A stretch of DNA of 64,000 nt from Neoechinorhynchus agilis. Lineage: Eukaryota > Animalia > Acanthocephala. Shown here in pieces: positions 49,325 to 60,447 of the stretch. Where the stretch lies: contig CM121343.1 in assembly GCA_051530055.1 (NCBI GenBank), positions 7,194,044-7,258,043 on the forward strand, given 5' to 3'. Made by a program: the position numbers and the translations under genes. The notes under the pieces are model-generated. The model did not search any database. It was not told where the DNA came from and saw nothing but the letters and a program-made list of their open reading frames with translations. Positions within the stretch are counted from its first letter, which is position 1; each line of letters opens with the position of its first letter.

Positions 49325-50120
49325 TCAGCTCTGACAATAGAAATGACCTTTCCTTGGCCATCTCAATCATAAAATATTCCCTAACTTCGACAATGCCCAA
49401 GAAATTCATTGAGATCTCCAAATGTGACTTACCAATCTTGAAACTCCTTCAAAATCAAGTATCTGCGTCCCATCGAAATAAATATCCTGACGTTCAGACG
49501 GCAATTCAACGTGGTGGAGGGCCGTCAAAGATTCTCTTGGTCTACTCAATTATGATCCATTCCCAAACTTGTCACCACCCCAATTCAAAACCTCTGCACT
49601 GACTCAAATTACAGCCATTACCCCATCTCAGACTCTAAACAAAACTATAACTCCACAACTGACACTTCTGTCATCTCTCCAATACTCTTAGTTGCGTCAT
49701 ATGAAGTCCTCCAATCAACAAATTATCCCGAAATTCTTATCCCAAACTAGCCCCTTTGATGAATTATCCCCGAACTCATCGACCTTCTTAATCTCATTGT
49801 AAATCACAGCTTTTTATATGGCATCCACCCCTCATACCTGAGAACTGCTAAAATGATCCATCTTCCGAAAAATGGATATCCGGTTTCCACCGATTCATTT
49901 GGTCCAATAAGTTACCTTTTCAAACGCCTCCGCCATTTAGGAATCACCTTTCCTTCGTTAAAAATCACCAATTCCCATCCGACCGGATATTTTCAACCGG
50001 CCGGACCAGTAATCCACTCCAAAATCAACAGTCACATTCATTTATCTTGACAAAACTCGAGTGTTCATGAGGATCCAAATGTACATGGTTACTTTTCTTT
50101 GAAAAAAAAACGCGTTATTA
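49325..50120 (+). mobile_element. Internally deleted CR1/L2-like LINE with 3' tail
   Basis: Reads IPELIDLL..IVNHSFLYG.HP..LRTAKMIHLPK..YP..FGPISYL (pre-RT region). Tail gaggatccaaatgtacatgg..aaaacgcgttattata. Confidence 0.75.
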
Positions 50121-50639
50121 TAAATTGCGTTAAGGACGACAAAATCGTGGACAGATAAACTATTGGTGTTCTTTAAAAACTGTTTTCAATTCCGCTTAAT
50201 TATTTGATGAAAAGATGGAAAAGGCGTCAAGTGTAAAGTTAATTAAAAACGACAAAGTGTTTCCAAATGAGCACAAAACAAAAATAAGTAGACGATAGAC
50301 AACAATTCCTATGGAATTTTGATGTCGACAAATATGCAGCCAAATAGTTATAAGCTTGTATAATTCATTAAAACATGATGGAGGAGTCTTAAATGTGGAA
50401 GATCATCATTCATGAAGGTACGCTCGTCGTCAGTAAATACTCAGAAAACGTATTATTCCATCGTACGGTTGTTCTTTACCAACATTTCCTCAAAGCTTTG
50501 AAGGTCAAGCGACTTCTACTAAGCCCGCGTTTTAAATTTTGAAATATTTTATTCTTTCAATAATTTGGACCTATGTCTAAGAAGAAATAGTTGATCCATT
50601 AAGTACTTAATATCAATTTGTGAAGCTTATAATGAAGCA

Positions 50640-51700
50640 AGTATTCCAGAAAAGGTAGAGGGGCTTTATGTCGGCCAGAAGTAGCATAGATGCAATATTT
50701 GCAATGAGACAGTTGTACGAAAAGTGCTATGAAAAGAAGAAAGAGCTGCACAGTGTCTTCATTGACCTCAAAAAGTCCTACGATACCGTCCCCGGAGATC
50801 TGATATGGATGTGCCTGAGCAGGAAATTCTGTCCAGCGGTGTACGTTCGAGTAATACAAGATATGTACAAGGAATGCAAGGTAAGCCCGGTCGGAAACAC
50901 GAGCGAATTCCCCGTGAAAGCTGGACTACATCAAGGATCAGCACTAAGTCCATATTTATTCGTGATAATCATGGACGTAATCAGCGAACCGTCAAATAGA
51001 GGTGCTCCGTGGAATATTTTATTTGCTGATGGTATTGTATTGTCGAGCTAAACGTGCCATGAACAAAAATGGAGATAGGCCTTGGAAGGAAATGGTCTAC
51101 GTATCTCGAAGGACAAAAACCGTCTATGTCTGACCGAAAAGCATTTGCTCACAAGATACGCAACTGAACAAAGCTGAAAACTTCAAATATCTGGGTTGAT
51201 TCGTATCGAAGGAAAGCGACATGACAGCCCAAATAAGCGCTAGGATTCAAAACGGGTGGATGAAATGGAGAAGTCTCACTGGGATCATTTGTGATAATAA
51301 GGTACCACTGATGATAAAAGGTCAAGTCTTTAAGACTGCGATACGGCCAGTGATGATTTATGGCTCAGCCACATCAAAAGACTACAGGTGGCCGAGATGA
51401 ATATGCTGCGATGGATGGTCACCAGGAAAGACATAATCCCAAATAAATATGTGCGTGGATCGACCAAGGTGGAGGACGTGAAGGAAGTAATTCAGCAACG
51501 AAGGATCAAATGGAGCGAGAAAGTAAAAAATGGAATTCGGGACACATCCGAAATAGTGGCAATGGAGATTGAGGGAACAAGGAAACGGGGCAGACCCAAA
51601 AAAAGGTGGAAAGACGCAGTTGCAGAGGACAAAAGGTCAAGAGAGATGATGAACTATGTTTGATTGAACATTTTTGTGCGACCTCGAAAAAGAGATAAGC
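50640..51700 (+). mobile_element. Decayed RTE-clade LINE RT and C-terminus
   Basis: GFMSARSSIDAIF..VFIDLKKSYDTVP..GLHQGSALSPYLF..LFADG..GW.KWRSLTGIICD..EM.MLRW..RKRGRPKKRWKD. Confidence 0.9.
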
Positions 51701-52321
51701 TCGAAGAAAGAGGTATTTGATTTTGAAAATGTTTTTAGTGGTGCAGCGAACATAGCGGTCCTGTTCGATCCAATAAAATACTATGCAGAACGCTGACTCA
51801 TTTTTATCATTGGTTTTAAAAATCCTGCTCATTAGTAGAAGAAATGTATGCTTAACGGTATATAACCTTGCGGCTGTGCATTTAAACTGGTCCGAAGCTT
51901 CTTTTTCTTAACGGCACGATGCATATGCGAAATCCGAATTGACTTTAGTCTCAAATAGGCCTCTATCAATTTTGTCGAGCTTCATACTTATGTACACATG
52001 ATTCAAATGGATGTTTTCATGGAATCACGTCGCATTGATAAGCTTTGAAGATTACGGCTTCAAAAAAAATTGATCTGCGCCACTCACGCCATGCGGCACT
52101 CCGTATCAGTCTACAATTGCGTTTTCGTGCAATTTTCGGATCAATGGCACGTACGCACTGAATGTAGTTGGTGTAGAGATGATCTCTAATCACCGTCCGT
52201 TTCATGTGACATTTATCGAACCGAATTAATCAGTTCGTTGCGCCGCACGAATCGCTGTCGCACGCTAGCACGAGCGAAACCGTCTGTTAGTAGTCTATTT
52301 TCTTTTTAGCCAATCATCGGG

Positions 52322-53314
52322 ATGTTAAGAAGTGCATCAATGCCCCAGGGTTTACCGGACCTAGGAGCATTCCATCTAAATGTTCTTGAACACATCGGGG
52401 CTGGGTCGTATGGATACGTCTATCGAGCCTACGACAACAGGAGCAATTCATTTGTTGCACTAAAAGCATTTCCTTATGATCAAGATTTGGACGATGGAAT
52501 CCCACCTGATACACTTCGTGAAATATCCACTTTACGGCGACTAGAACATCCCAACATCCTCAGTTTGATCGATGTGGTAACACATGAAAAAATGATATAC
52601 GCCGAGGTTGAATATATTCCTTTTGATTGTCTTCAACTTATTCGTGCTTGTTCATACATTGGTCTACCGGAGGTATTGCACCGAAGCGTCTCTCGACAAC
52701 TTTTATCTGCCGTAAGCTACATGCATCGAATGTCCATTATCCACCGGGATATAAAGCCTAGTAATATCCTGATAACTGAAAAAGGGACTGTAAAAATGGC
52801 CGATTTCGGACTATCTCGTACTTATACAATTCCAAGTCAGTGTTATACACACGAGGTAGTCACTGTGTCGTATCGTGCCCCAGAGCTTCTACTTGGATCC
52901 CGACGCTATACGCCTCTGATCGACGTATGGTCCACAGGGATGATTTTAGCTGAATTAGCATGCGGAATGAAAATTATTCAATCATCAAATGAACGGGATT
53001 GCTTGAAAGCAATCTTTAACATAGTCGATTTTCCTACCGTGGACGAATGGGATGGCGTTGATATCGATAATGATTTACGATATAATCAATCAACAGCTAA
53101 ACGTAGAAACCTTGGCACACGAATTTTAAGACAAAAGTTAACAAGAATTTCAAAATACGGATTTGACGTTATTGTCGATTTGCTACAACCTTGTCCGAAA
53201 ATGAGAATATGTGCAGGCGTGGCACTTGAATACCCCTATTTTACAGAATATCCAAACACCGTCTCTGCGCTACCTCCGGACATCCTACAAGCATTGAATC
53301 GCCAACAACGCTAA
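52322..53314 (+). CDS. Intronless CDK1/2-like kinase with PPDTLRE in place of PSTAIRE
   Basis: GAGSYG, VALK, GIPPDTLREIS, HRDIKPSNIL, DFGLSR, YTHEVVT.SYRAPELLLG, DVWS.G. Confidence 0.92.
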   Translation: MLRSASMPQGLPDLGAFHLNVLEHIGAGSYGYVYRAYDNRSNSFVALKAFPYDQDLDDGIPPDTLREISTLRRLEHPNILSLIDVVTHEKMIYAEVEYIPFDCLQLIRACSYIGLPEVLHRSVSRQLLSAVSYMHRMSIIHRDIKPSNILITEKGTVKMADFGLSRTYTIPSQCYTHEVVTVSYRAPELLLGSRRYTPLIDVWSTGMILAELACGMKIIQSSNERDCLKAIFNIVDFPTVDEWDGVDIDNDLRYNQSTAKRRNLGTRILRQKLTRISKYGFDVIVDLLQPCPKMRICAGVALEYPYFTEYPNTVSALPPDILQALNRQQR

Positions 53315-53971
53315 AACATTTTGATGTTCTGAAATGCAAGAACTTCAGATAGATGAAATAACTTTGCTTTTATTATGATAGAGCCAGGAACTCATCCGTA
53401 ACAATTATATCACTTTGACCGTCAGTTCGATTTTATCGCTCAAATTAAATGAAAAATTCTATAGAACCCCGCGCTTCAAATGCCAAATATTAATTATTTC
53501 CATGACTTGTTAGAAAAAAAAGAATTATGGATGTTTTAGTAACGTAGATCGATAGTTACTTATTCCATGATGAATATCACTCTCGAAAACTGAGGTGGGT
53601 TTAGTAACGTATCATCCGTTCAGCGACACTTTAGTGCTCCTGCGACACAATTTCGTTAAAAAAGAAACTTTTGCTCTTATCTACAACGTTCGCGGCAATT
53701 ATTTTCAGGCAAGAATGACTTATAAACCATTTCGATTTTTTAGGTTAATATCTAACTTGGTAAGGCAGTTTAGAGCTCCTTAAATCTGAGGTACCCAAGA
53801 AACAATCTTCTATCTGAAAACAGAAGACGATCACCTAAGCCAGTTTAAAGATTGTATGTTTAATCGGGAATAGGAAAGCCGTGGTGACGAGTCTAAATCA
53901 TTTTCCCAACACCCTCATGTTTTATTCCAGATTTATTATCGAACGGCAAATGGGTGTTTTATTTATTTCTT

Positions 53972-54010
53972 GCTTCAAATTTTCGACGCCTTGCGTCTTC
54001 GTCAGGAAGC
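53972..54010 (-). ncRNA. Minimal type I hammerhead ribozyme (predicted), mirror copy
   Basis: GCUUC-CUGACGA-A-GACGC-aag-GCGUC-GAAA-AUU-U-GAAGC. Confidence 0.8.
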
Positions 54011-54062
54011 TTTTCTTCAGTTATTGCCCTCCTCTGATTCCTTTTCAGATAACCGAAGAAAA

Positions 54063-54101
54063 GCTTCCTGACGAAGACGCAAGGCGTCGAAAATTTGAGG
54101 C
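54063..54101 (+). ncRNA. Minimal type I hammerhead ribozyme (predicted)
   Basis: GCUUC-CUGACGA-A-GACGC-aag-GCGUC-GAAA-AUU-U-GAGGC, with 5-bp stems I and II. Confidence 0.8.
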
Positions 54102-54603
54102 AAGAAATAAATAAAACACCCATTTTCCGTTCGATAATAAATCTGGAATAAATCAATTTAGCTTCAATCGTGTGTTTTTCATATGAATGAATATCCAATA
54201 TAGAACCAGGAGCGCTCTATATTCCCCAATATGAACTGACAATCTGCAACTTGAGGTGATAGCATTTAACATTACAATCGTCAAGGTCGCCATCGATAAA
54301 AGGTAGTAAAAGTAATCGATAGTAATTTCTGCATTTCACGGTGATCCAAATCTAATAGTGACATTCGTTCTAAACGGATTTTGTACTTCCATTGCAAAGA
54401 TCTTCAGCGATGAGATTTCCTTCTCTTAAATTAGCTGTGTATCATATTTTTAACTGCTCTCATCACAGTCGCAATTTATGGTCTCATTTTCCGATGGGTT
54501 CAAGATCCACCTGCAATCCTGCATGAGCACATTGTACGATTCGATTAATAAAAAAAATTTGGATCGAAATTAAAAGACATTCTGTTGGTGAAGTTTTAAG
54601 CGT

Positions 54604-54780
54604 TCAAAGTTCAATGCCTTGAGGATGCAAACAGTATTCCCTTTCTGTTGTTGCGACGAAGCATTTTCCGACCTTTGTTAAAAATTTCGCGGTGCTTGGT
54701 CCTAAGGCACCAATTGTCCCAATGGCGAGGAGTTCGAAAATGTAGAGCGACTGATCGAGGTATTTGTGCGTCTCCCTTTT
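54604..54780 (-). mobile_element. Decayed CRE-like endonuclease fragment
   Basis: YIFELLAIGTIGALGPSTAKFLTKVGK..TT.ERE parallels the 41806-42246 protein. Confidence 0.6.
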
Positions 54781-55149
54781 TCGCCACTTAACCGACTCCG
54801 GAAACTGCAACGGACAAGTTGCTCTTCGCAATTTTATTCGGGCAGGTGAAGTCCCAGAAGCGTTCAAATGTTGTTCAGTGTGTAATTAAGAGGTGAATAT
54901 AAACCAAATTATATTTTTGTTGTATGAATTGGAAAATCGCTTGTTAACATCATAGATATCGTAACGCTGGTAATTAGAATTACTGCTGACCAAATAGCAA
55001 CTCGTCATAGAAAATATTGAGAAAATTCGTGTCAGAACAAAAAGCTATCACTGAAAAGAGGAAAAATCGAAATACAATCAACAACTCAACACGATTAAAT
55101 ACTCAGGAAACGCTTTTTACGTGCAGAAAATCGAGGTCAAGAAGTATTA

Positions 55150-55620
55150 AAAACTACTACATTCATTTGAGTTGCTCTAAAGATTCGAGTGGATAACTTG
55201 TGGATTCCAAATTGCGGTAAAGTAAGCAACATCCATAAGAGTTCCTTAAAAGAGTTTCTAGACCGTTTTTATAACATCAATGATCGAAACGAAAGCTGCA
55301 TGCATCCCAGCTTCTTTGAACAAGTTTTTTACTAGTTTTTAATTTCAATTAGCATGAGAAAAATACATTATTAAGAGTTGCTATAAAGGTTCGAGTATAT
55401 AGCTTGTTGATTCCAAATTGCGGTAAAATGAACAACATCCATACGAGTTCCTTAAAAGAGTTTCTGGACAGTTTTTATAACATCAACGATCAAAACTAAA
55501 GCTACATGCATCCCAGCTTATTTGAACAGGTTTTTTTACTAGTTTTTAATTTCAAGATGAAAAAAAATACATTAATTTGAGTTACTCAAAAGGTTCGAGT
55601 GGATAGCTTGTGGATCCCTA
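55150..55620. repeat. ~205-bp direct tandem repeat, about 2.3 copies
   Basis: gattccaaattgcgg at 55203 and 55409, with a third partial copy at 55613. Confidence 0.9.
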
Positions 55621-56074
55621 ATTTCCGACAGTAAAGCGAATGGTTTTGTGGTATAGATTTGCAGATTTTTAATCTTACGTCCAGTTCTAAGTCCGCTCAG
55701 GGCAAAGCCAAACATAAAGAACGAATCGGTTCAATGGTAGGGCGTTCCTCATAGGCTACTTGCATTATCATCCCAAGGATGATGTGTGCGATAAGTACCG
55801 TAAAACCTCCAACGGCTTCGGAAGAGCCCAATCTTAACATCGATTCCTTCTATGGCTACATTTGCCCCATGGGAAATTTCCGGCTCGTAAAAGAATTTGC
55901 TTAACTTTCTCGTTATCGGATCAACTACACGCAACCAGAGTAGCAGCATGAAACAGTCGAATTCTTCAAGAACGAAAAAGTCGCTGTACTAAATTGTTTT
56001 TTTCATTTGAAGAGCTATTACATTCAACAGCAGCGGCAGAAGTGAATTCTGTTGACGCTTCAAGGAAGAAGCCG

Positions 56075-56528
56075 GTGATTGAGAACGAAAAACGATCTGA
56101 AGTGTAGGCGGACGTGTCCATTTTCAACGATTCGGGATCGTCAGTCGTTTTTGGGAACTTGAAAAAACGATACTATATAAGTCGATCGTGTCTACTGCGA
56201 TAGTCTACGGCTTTTATGAAGTTTCGACCTTCTTTAACGTACCGATCGAACTATAGGACCTTAATCCACAGTTGACCGCAAATGAATAAACGGCCTTGTC
56301 ACATGAGCATCTACTTTCAATTGCGGTCAATTGTGGATTTAGGTCGCTCAGTTCGATCGGTACACTAAAGAAGGTCGAAACTTCATAAAAGCAGTAGACT
56401 ATCGCAGTAGACACGATCGACTTATATAGTATCGTTTTTTTCAAGTTCTCAAAAACGACTAGCGATCCCGAATCGTTGAAAATGGGCCTGTCTACCTACA
56501 CTTCAGATCGTTTTTCGTTCTCAATCAC
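56075..56528. repeat. Large inverted repeat (arms about 205 bp, spacer about 36 bp)
   Basis: gtgattgagaacgaaaaacgatctgaag... mirrored by ...cttcagatcgtttttcgttctcaatcac. No target-site duplication found. Confidence 0.92.
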
Positions 56529-56844
56529 GGTAGATGCTCAGTAGAGGCTGCCGTTCTTCATGGTCTGAGTCAAAGAATCGGAGATACTCATTAATAAATT
56601 GAGCAATAACACCATGGAATGTTTCTAGAACAAGTCACCGAATTCTGAAAAGTAAAAACATCTTAATAACAACTAAGACCAATAACGTGACTCAACAACA
56701 ATAAAGAATTACAAATGGCCATAGAGAGTTCATAATATATCCATAAGAACCAAATGTACTAAGTCTCTCAAACTCACGAGAAACAGCAAATATATGGTAA
56801 GATTATTAAAAAATTATAACAATAGCACGTTTATTGGTAAAAAA

Positions 56845-57300
56845 ATACAGAATAGGCCACATGTAACTTTGGGTCCTCATAAGCACTTGAGTTTAGAGTT
56901 GTTCAAAAAAGAATATCCGTTAGGATGGGAATATCCAGTCGAGGGATGTCCGTTTGGGTGCTAATAGCTGGTCGGAGGGATGCCTATTCGGGTGGGACTA
57001 TTTAGTCGAGGGATGTCCGTGCGGGTGAGACTATTCGGTTGGAAGGTCTGTTCTTATGGGAATTGACGGATATTGTTTGCAGGAGCGCTAGCGAGGTCAG
57101 GTATTTCCTCAGGTTCATTTCAAGTTATGATATCCGAAAGGATTGGGAAGCATGGAAAAAAGAGCGAGGATGAAACGGATCAGGATTACGAGTGTTGTGC
57201 TCGTGTGAAAAGGAGAATAAAATGTGGTAGAAATTGTGGTCGTAGGGTTGATAGGCGTTTTGATTGTTTTATGAAAATAGTATCAAGGCATTCGGTGAGA
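56845..57300 (-). mobile_element. CR1/L2-like LINE 3' portion with short internal repeats and terminal motif
   Basis: Homologous to 1-300 and 16340-16600; tail gaggacccaaagttacatg. Confidence 0.8.
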
Positions 57301-57345
57301 AAGGAAACTCAGAATTCATATATATAAGTGTTATATTCTTCCAAT

Positions 57346-57548
57346 ATTGAATAGTGGCGAATATAATCTCAGTTAAAGATTCCTTTATTGCTATGAAATA
57401 TTTCACGAGGAAAACCCGCCTCATCAGTCATTGTTAACGTGTTTTATCCGCACCTCGCGAAATATTTCATAGCGATAAAAGAATCTTCGATCGGAATTAT
57501 GTTCACCATCACTCAATATTTGCCGTCTCGAAGGATCTTCTTGATATG
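57346..57548. mobile_element. Asymmetric fold-back, hammerhead family C
   Basis: 11-bp duplication attcttccaat at 57335-57345 and 57549-57559. The minus arm has an intact core. Confidence 0.85.
57393..57431 (-). ncRNA. Minimal type I hammerhead ribozyme (predicted)
   Basis: AUGA-CUGAUGA-G-GCGGG-uuuu-CCUCGU-GAAA-UAU-U-UCAU. Confidence 0.7.
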
Positions 57549-58034
57549 ATTCTTCCAATTCCCCAATTGAACATCTGCGAGTTTAATTTTCCTCGACATC
57601 GTAACGTCCGTTTACATCATTCGTGAGTAAATCTCAAAGATTACCAGCAGCAAAATGGAAGGGGAAACTGATAGCAGGCGACCGGACGGAACCTGAGGTG
57701 GCGGAAAACGAGACACAAGAAGCAGATAGAATAAATATCCAAAAGCTCCTAAGTTTCCTCGTCCTCATTGTCCCCCGGATTCACAATCAAACACCCTGAC
57801 CCTTTCCTCGGATAAAGGAAAGCCAACGATTAGGACCATGAAATCTTTGAAGAGTTGTTCATTATTCGCATTTGGATTCTTCCCTGTTGATAGTATTCGC
57901 TGTTTCGATGATTCTTCCGTGGCTCATTATTGTGCGTCATATTTCGAGATTATTATTGTTTACGCTAAGATTTTTACAGACGCAAAGCAGTTTGGGTCCC
58001 GCGTTTATATCGCATTACTTTACAAATGTTTATT

Positions 58035-58330
58035 TATATTGTTGTTTTGGTCGCTTGTCAAGAAGACTCGAGAGATATTAAATCGATCCATTGAATCAGA
58101 GTCATTCTATCGATTCAGTCAAAAAGTTTTCACAGGAATTTGTCAGAATATACACACCAAATGATTGTTTTTGTTTTGGCTCGGGATTGACGGCGTTGAA
58201 GATCCCGGCTTCCTTAGTTAAAACGAGTAATGGTGTGTTTGTGACAAATTCCTATGAAAACTTTTTAGATTGAATCCAATGACTCCCTCTCCCTCGAGTG
58301 TTGTTGACAAGCGACCTAAACAACAATCTA
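58035..58330. repeat. Old, diverged inverted repeat
   Basis: attgttgttttggtcgcttgtcaagaagactcgag..aaaaagttttcacaggaatttgtca mirrored at 58230-58330. Confidence 0.75.
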
Positions 58331-58469
58331 ACCACCCGAATACAATGTTCAATAGAACGTTTATTCGTTAAGTAACGATTGAAAGGCTTAAACATGTGAG
58401 GAAGACATCAACTAGTCGGTCGTGGGATCTGTTCGCGTTCAAGAACTTCGACTCCTTGCTGGAAATGAT

Positions 58470-58630
58470 TGATTTGATAATTTTCGGCTTTCGGGTAGGC
58501 CTTTGTCATCAGTCTATTGATCACGAACTCGAATATATAACAACTTACAAGAGCGGTAGACTGAAGAATGCCTACGCAAAGCTTCTTCAAATAAAAATCA
58601 ATTATTTGATAATTCGCTATAAAAAAGGAT
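58470..58630. mobile_element. Decayed fold-back, hammerhead family B
   Basis: Minus core CTGATGA (58506-58512) with GCC-GAAA-ATTA; plus core CTGAAGA at 58561 has lost GAAA. Flank matches 32060-32100. Confidence 0.75.
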
Positions 58631-58847
58631 AAAATAATGAACAACTTTACAATTTCATGAAAATAGCGCCGAAGCTGAAAGAATCCATTGGAATATTGGT
58701 ACAGTTTCGCACCCTATGCGTTACGTCATGATTGACTCAATTTGCCTTGCGTTGTTCACACGAGAGAGCGAGAGAGCGCGAGAGCAGTTGGGAAACATCA
58801 TTCTACACGTTCAAGATTGCGTGAAATCAATTGCGCTTTCTTCCAAA

Positions 58848-59847
58848 ATGGATCCGGGCTTTGATTATCAGTTTCGACTGATCGTTGTGAAGTAGCGGCT
58901 TTTTTCGTCTTGGGCGTTTCTTAAGAAGACGGTCGCTATTGAAGGTGATAGCACAGTAGGAAAATCTTCACTTCTACGCAATTTCTGCGATGGCAAATTA
59001 TGCGAGGAAACTGAACCAACCGTCGGTGTGGACTTCTATGCACGAATTGTCAATCTTCCGGCTAGCAACCACCCCAAACTTAAGTTACAACTATGGGATA
59101 CGGCCGGTCAGGAACGATTTAGGTAAGATTGTCTTTATACTATTTGTGTCCCCATCTCTCAACTGGACTTGTTCTTCTAAATGTACACTCAGTCGTTGTC
59201 GCGATTATAATCCCCCGACCCCCCGCCGCCGCCCGAAAAGGAAGCCTGAGTTTTGGGACGGGGGGATTACGATCTCCACAACTCCACCCCGAGGGTTTTC
59301 CCCTTAAGTCAGAGTGGTTTGACGAAACTTCTTGTTGCGGAACTTCACTATATGGATCATTTTTGTGTAAAGGATACTGAATTTTAGGTCTATCACGAGA
59401 TCATACTACCGCAACTCCGCTGGCGTATTATTAGTGTACGATATCACAAAGCGTGTAACATTTGAACACATTCCTACGTGGCTGAACGAAGCTAAGGCTC
59501 AGATAAGTCCATTCGAAGCCGCCTATTTACTCGTTGGTACCAAAATGGACTTGGATATTGAGCGCCAGGTATCCGTAGAAGAAGCAAGTGCGTTTGCTGC
59601 TTCAAGGGATCTAAAATTTATTGAGACCAGCGCTAAAACGGGTGCTAATGTCTCCCAGGCATTCCTTATGATCGCCCGGGAGTTGTATGAGCTAAGTGAG
59701 TCCGGTCATATGTCTCCCTGTAACGAATGGGATGGAATGAAACGAGGAAAACCCGTATCCGATTCGACCAGGTCAAAGCGACGGTTCGATTCTACAATCA
59801 ATCTCTCGAATTCATGCGTTCAACCAACTCGATGCTGTACAAGTTAA
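58848..59847 (+). CDS. RAB39: Rab39-family GTPase, 3 exons
   Basis: YQFRLIV..GDSTVGKSS, EPTVGVDFY, KLQLWDTAGQERF|RSITRSYYRNS, ETSAK, EWDGMKRG, C-terminal CC. Intron at about 59123-59388; the first junction is ambiguous. Confidence 0.85.
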
Positions 59848-60179
59848 CTCTGTCCTTTCACACACCCACACGCGCGAGCACACTGAGCGAAAAGTTTGTT
59901 TTTATTAAACATGGAACGATTCCCTATTTTCGTTTAGTATTTCACACAACGACAATCACAGCTCAACTTCCATTTGAATATCAAAGTTATCTCAGCCTTC
60001 TTGTCGAGTGCTGCCGTAAAATTTTTATTCTAGGTTTTAAGTGTGGCCTTTTTCAAGGCTGATAATTTTCCTTAGGCACACAGCCCCTAAAGGAAACGAA
60101 ATACATCGATGAAGGGAGGAAAATCACTAAGTCCCGTCTCCACGGGAAGCATCTGAGAATCTGGACGGGATGTGTACAA

Positions 60180-60388
60180 ACCCATAATTGCGCACGGTCA
60201 TGGGCATTGAGCGCTGACCAATGAATCGGAGGTGGACTGTGAGTCCACATTTCAGTCGTGTATGATGAAAAGAAATAGTCATCTTATATTCATCGATAAA
60301 AAGACTACCGGCTGAGCCACGCATAAAAATGTTCAAAGTCGTTATGTACTCCACCAAAAAATCAATTCTGGATGGAATATTCAGACAT
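60180..60388 (-). repeat. Dispersed ~190-bp duplication (copy 2)
   Basis: Matches 26140-26335. Confidence 0.85.
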
Positions 60389-60447
60389 AACATAGAAAAG
60401 TCAAGTCTTTTATCTCAACGAATTGTACGCATTTGAACCGGTTTCAT

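Larger units (their letters stand above)
53905..54151. mobile_element. Fold-back, hammerhead family D
   Basis: Arms 53922-54022 and 54051-54151. Candidate 11-bp duplication taaatca(t/a)ttt at 53894-53904 and 54149-54159 (one mismatch). Confidence 0.85.

Noticed and set aside
58884-58960. Stop-codon readthrough or pseudogenisation of Rab39 (in-frame TAG after RLIVVK)
   Set aside because: A short intron or a consensus error explains it more simply, and the rest of the gene is intact.
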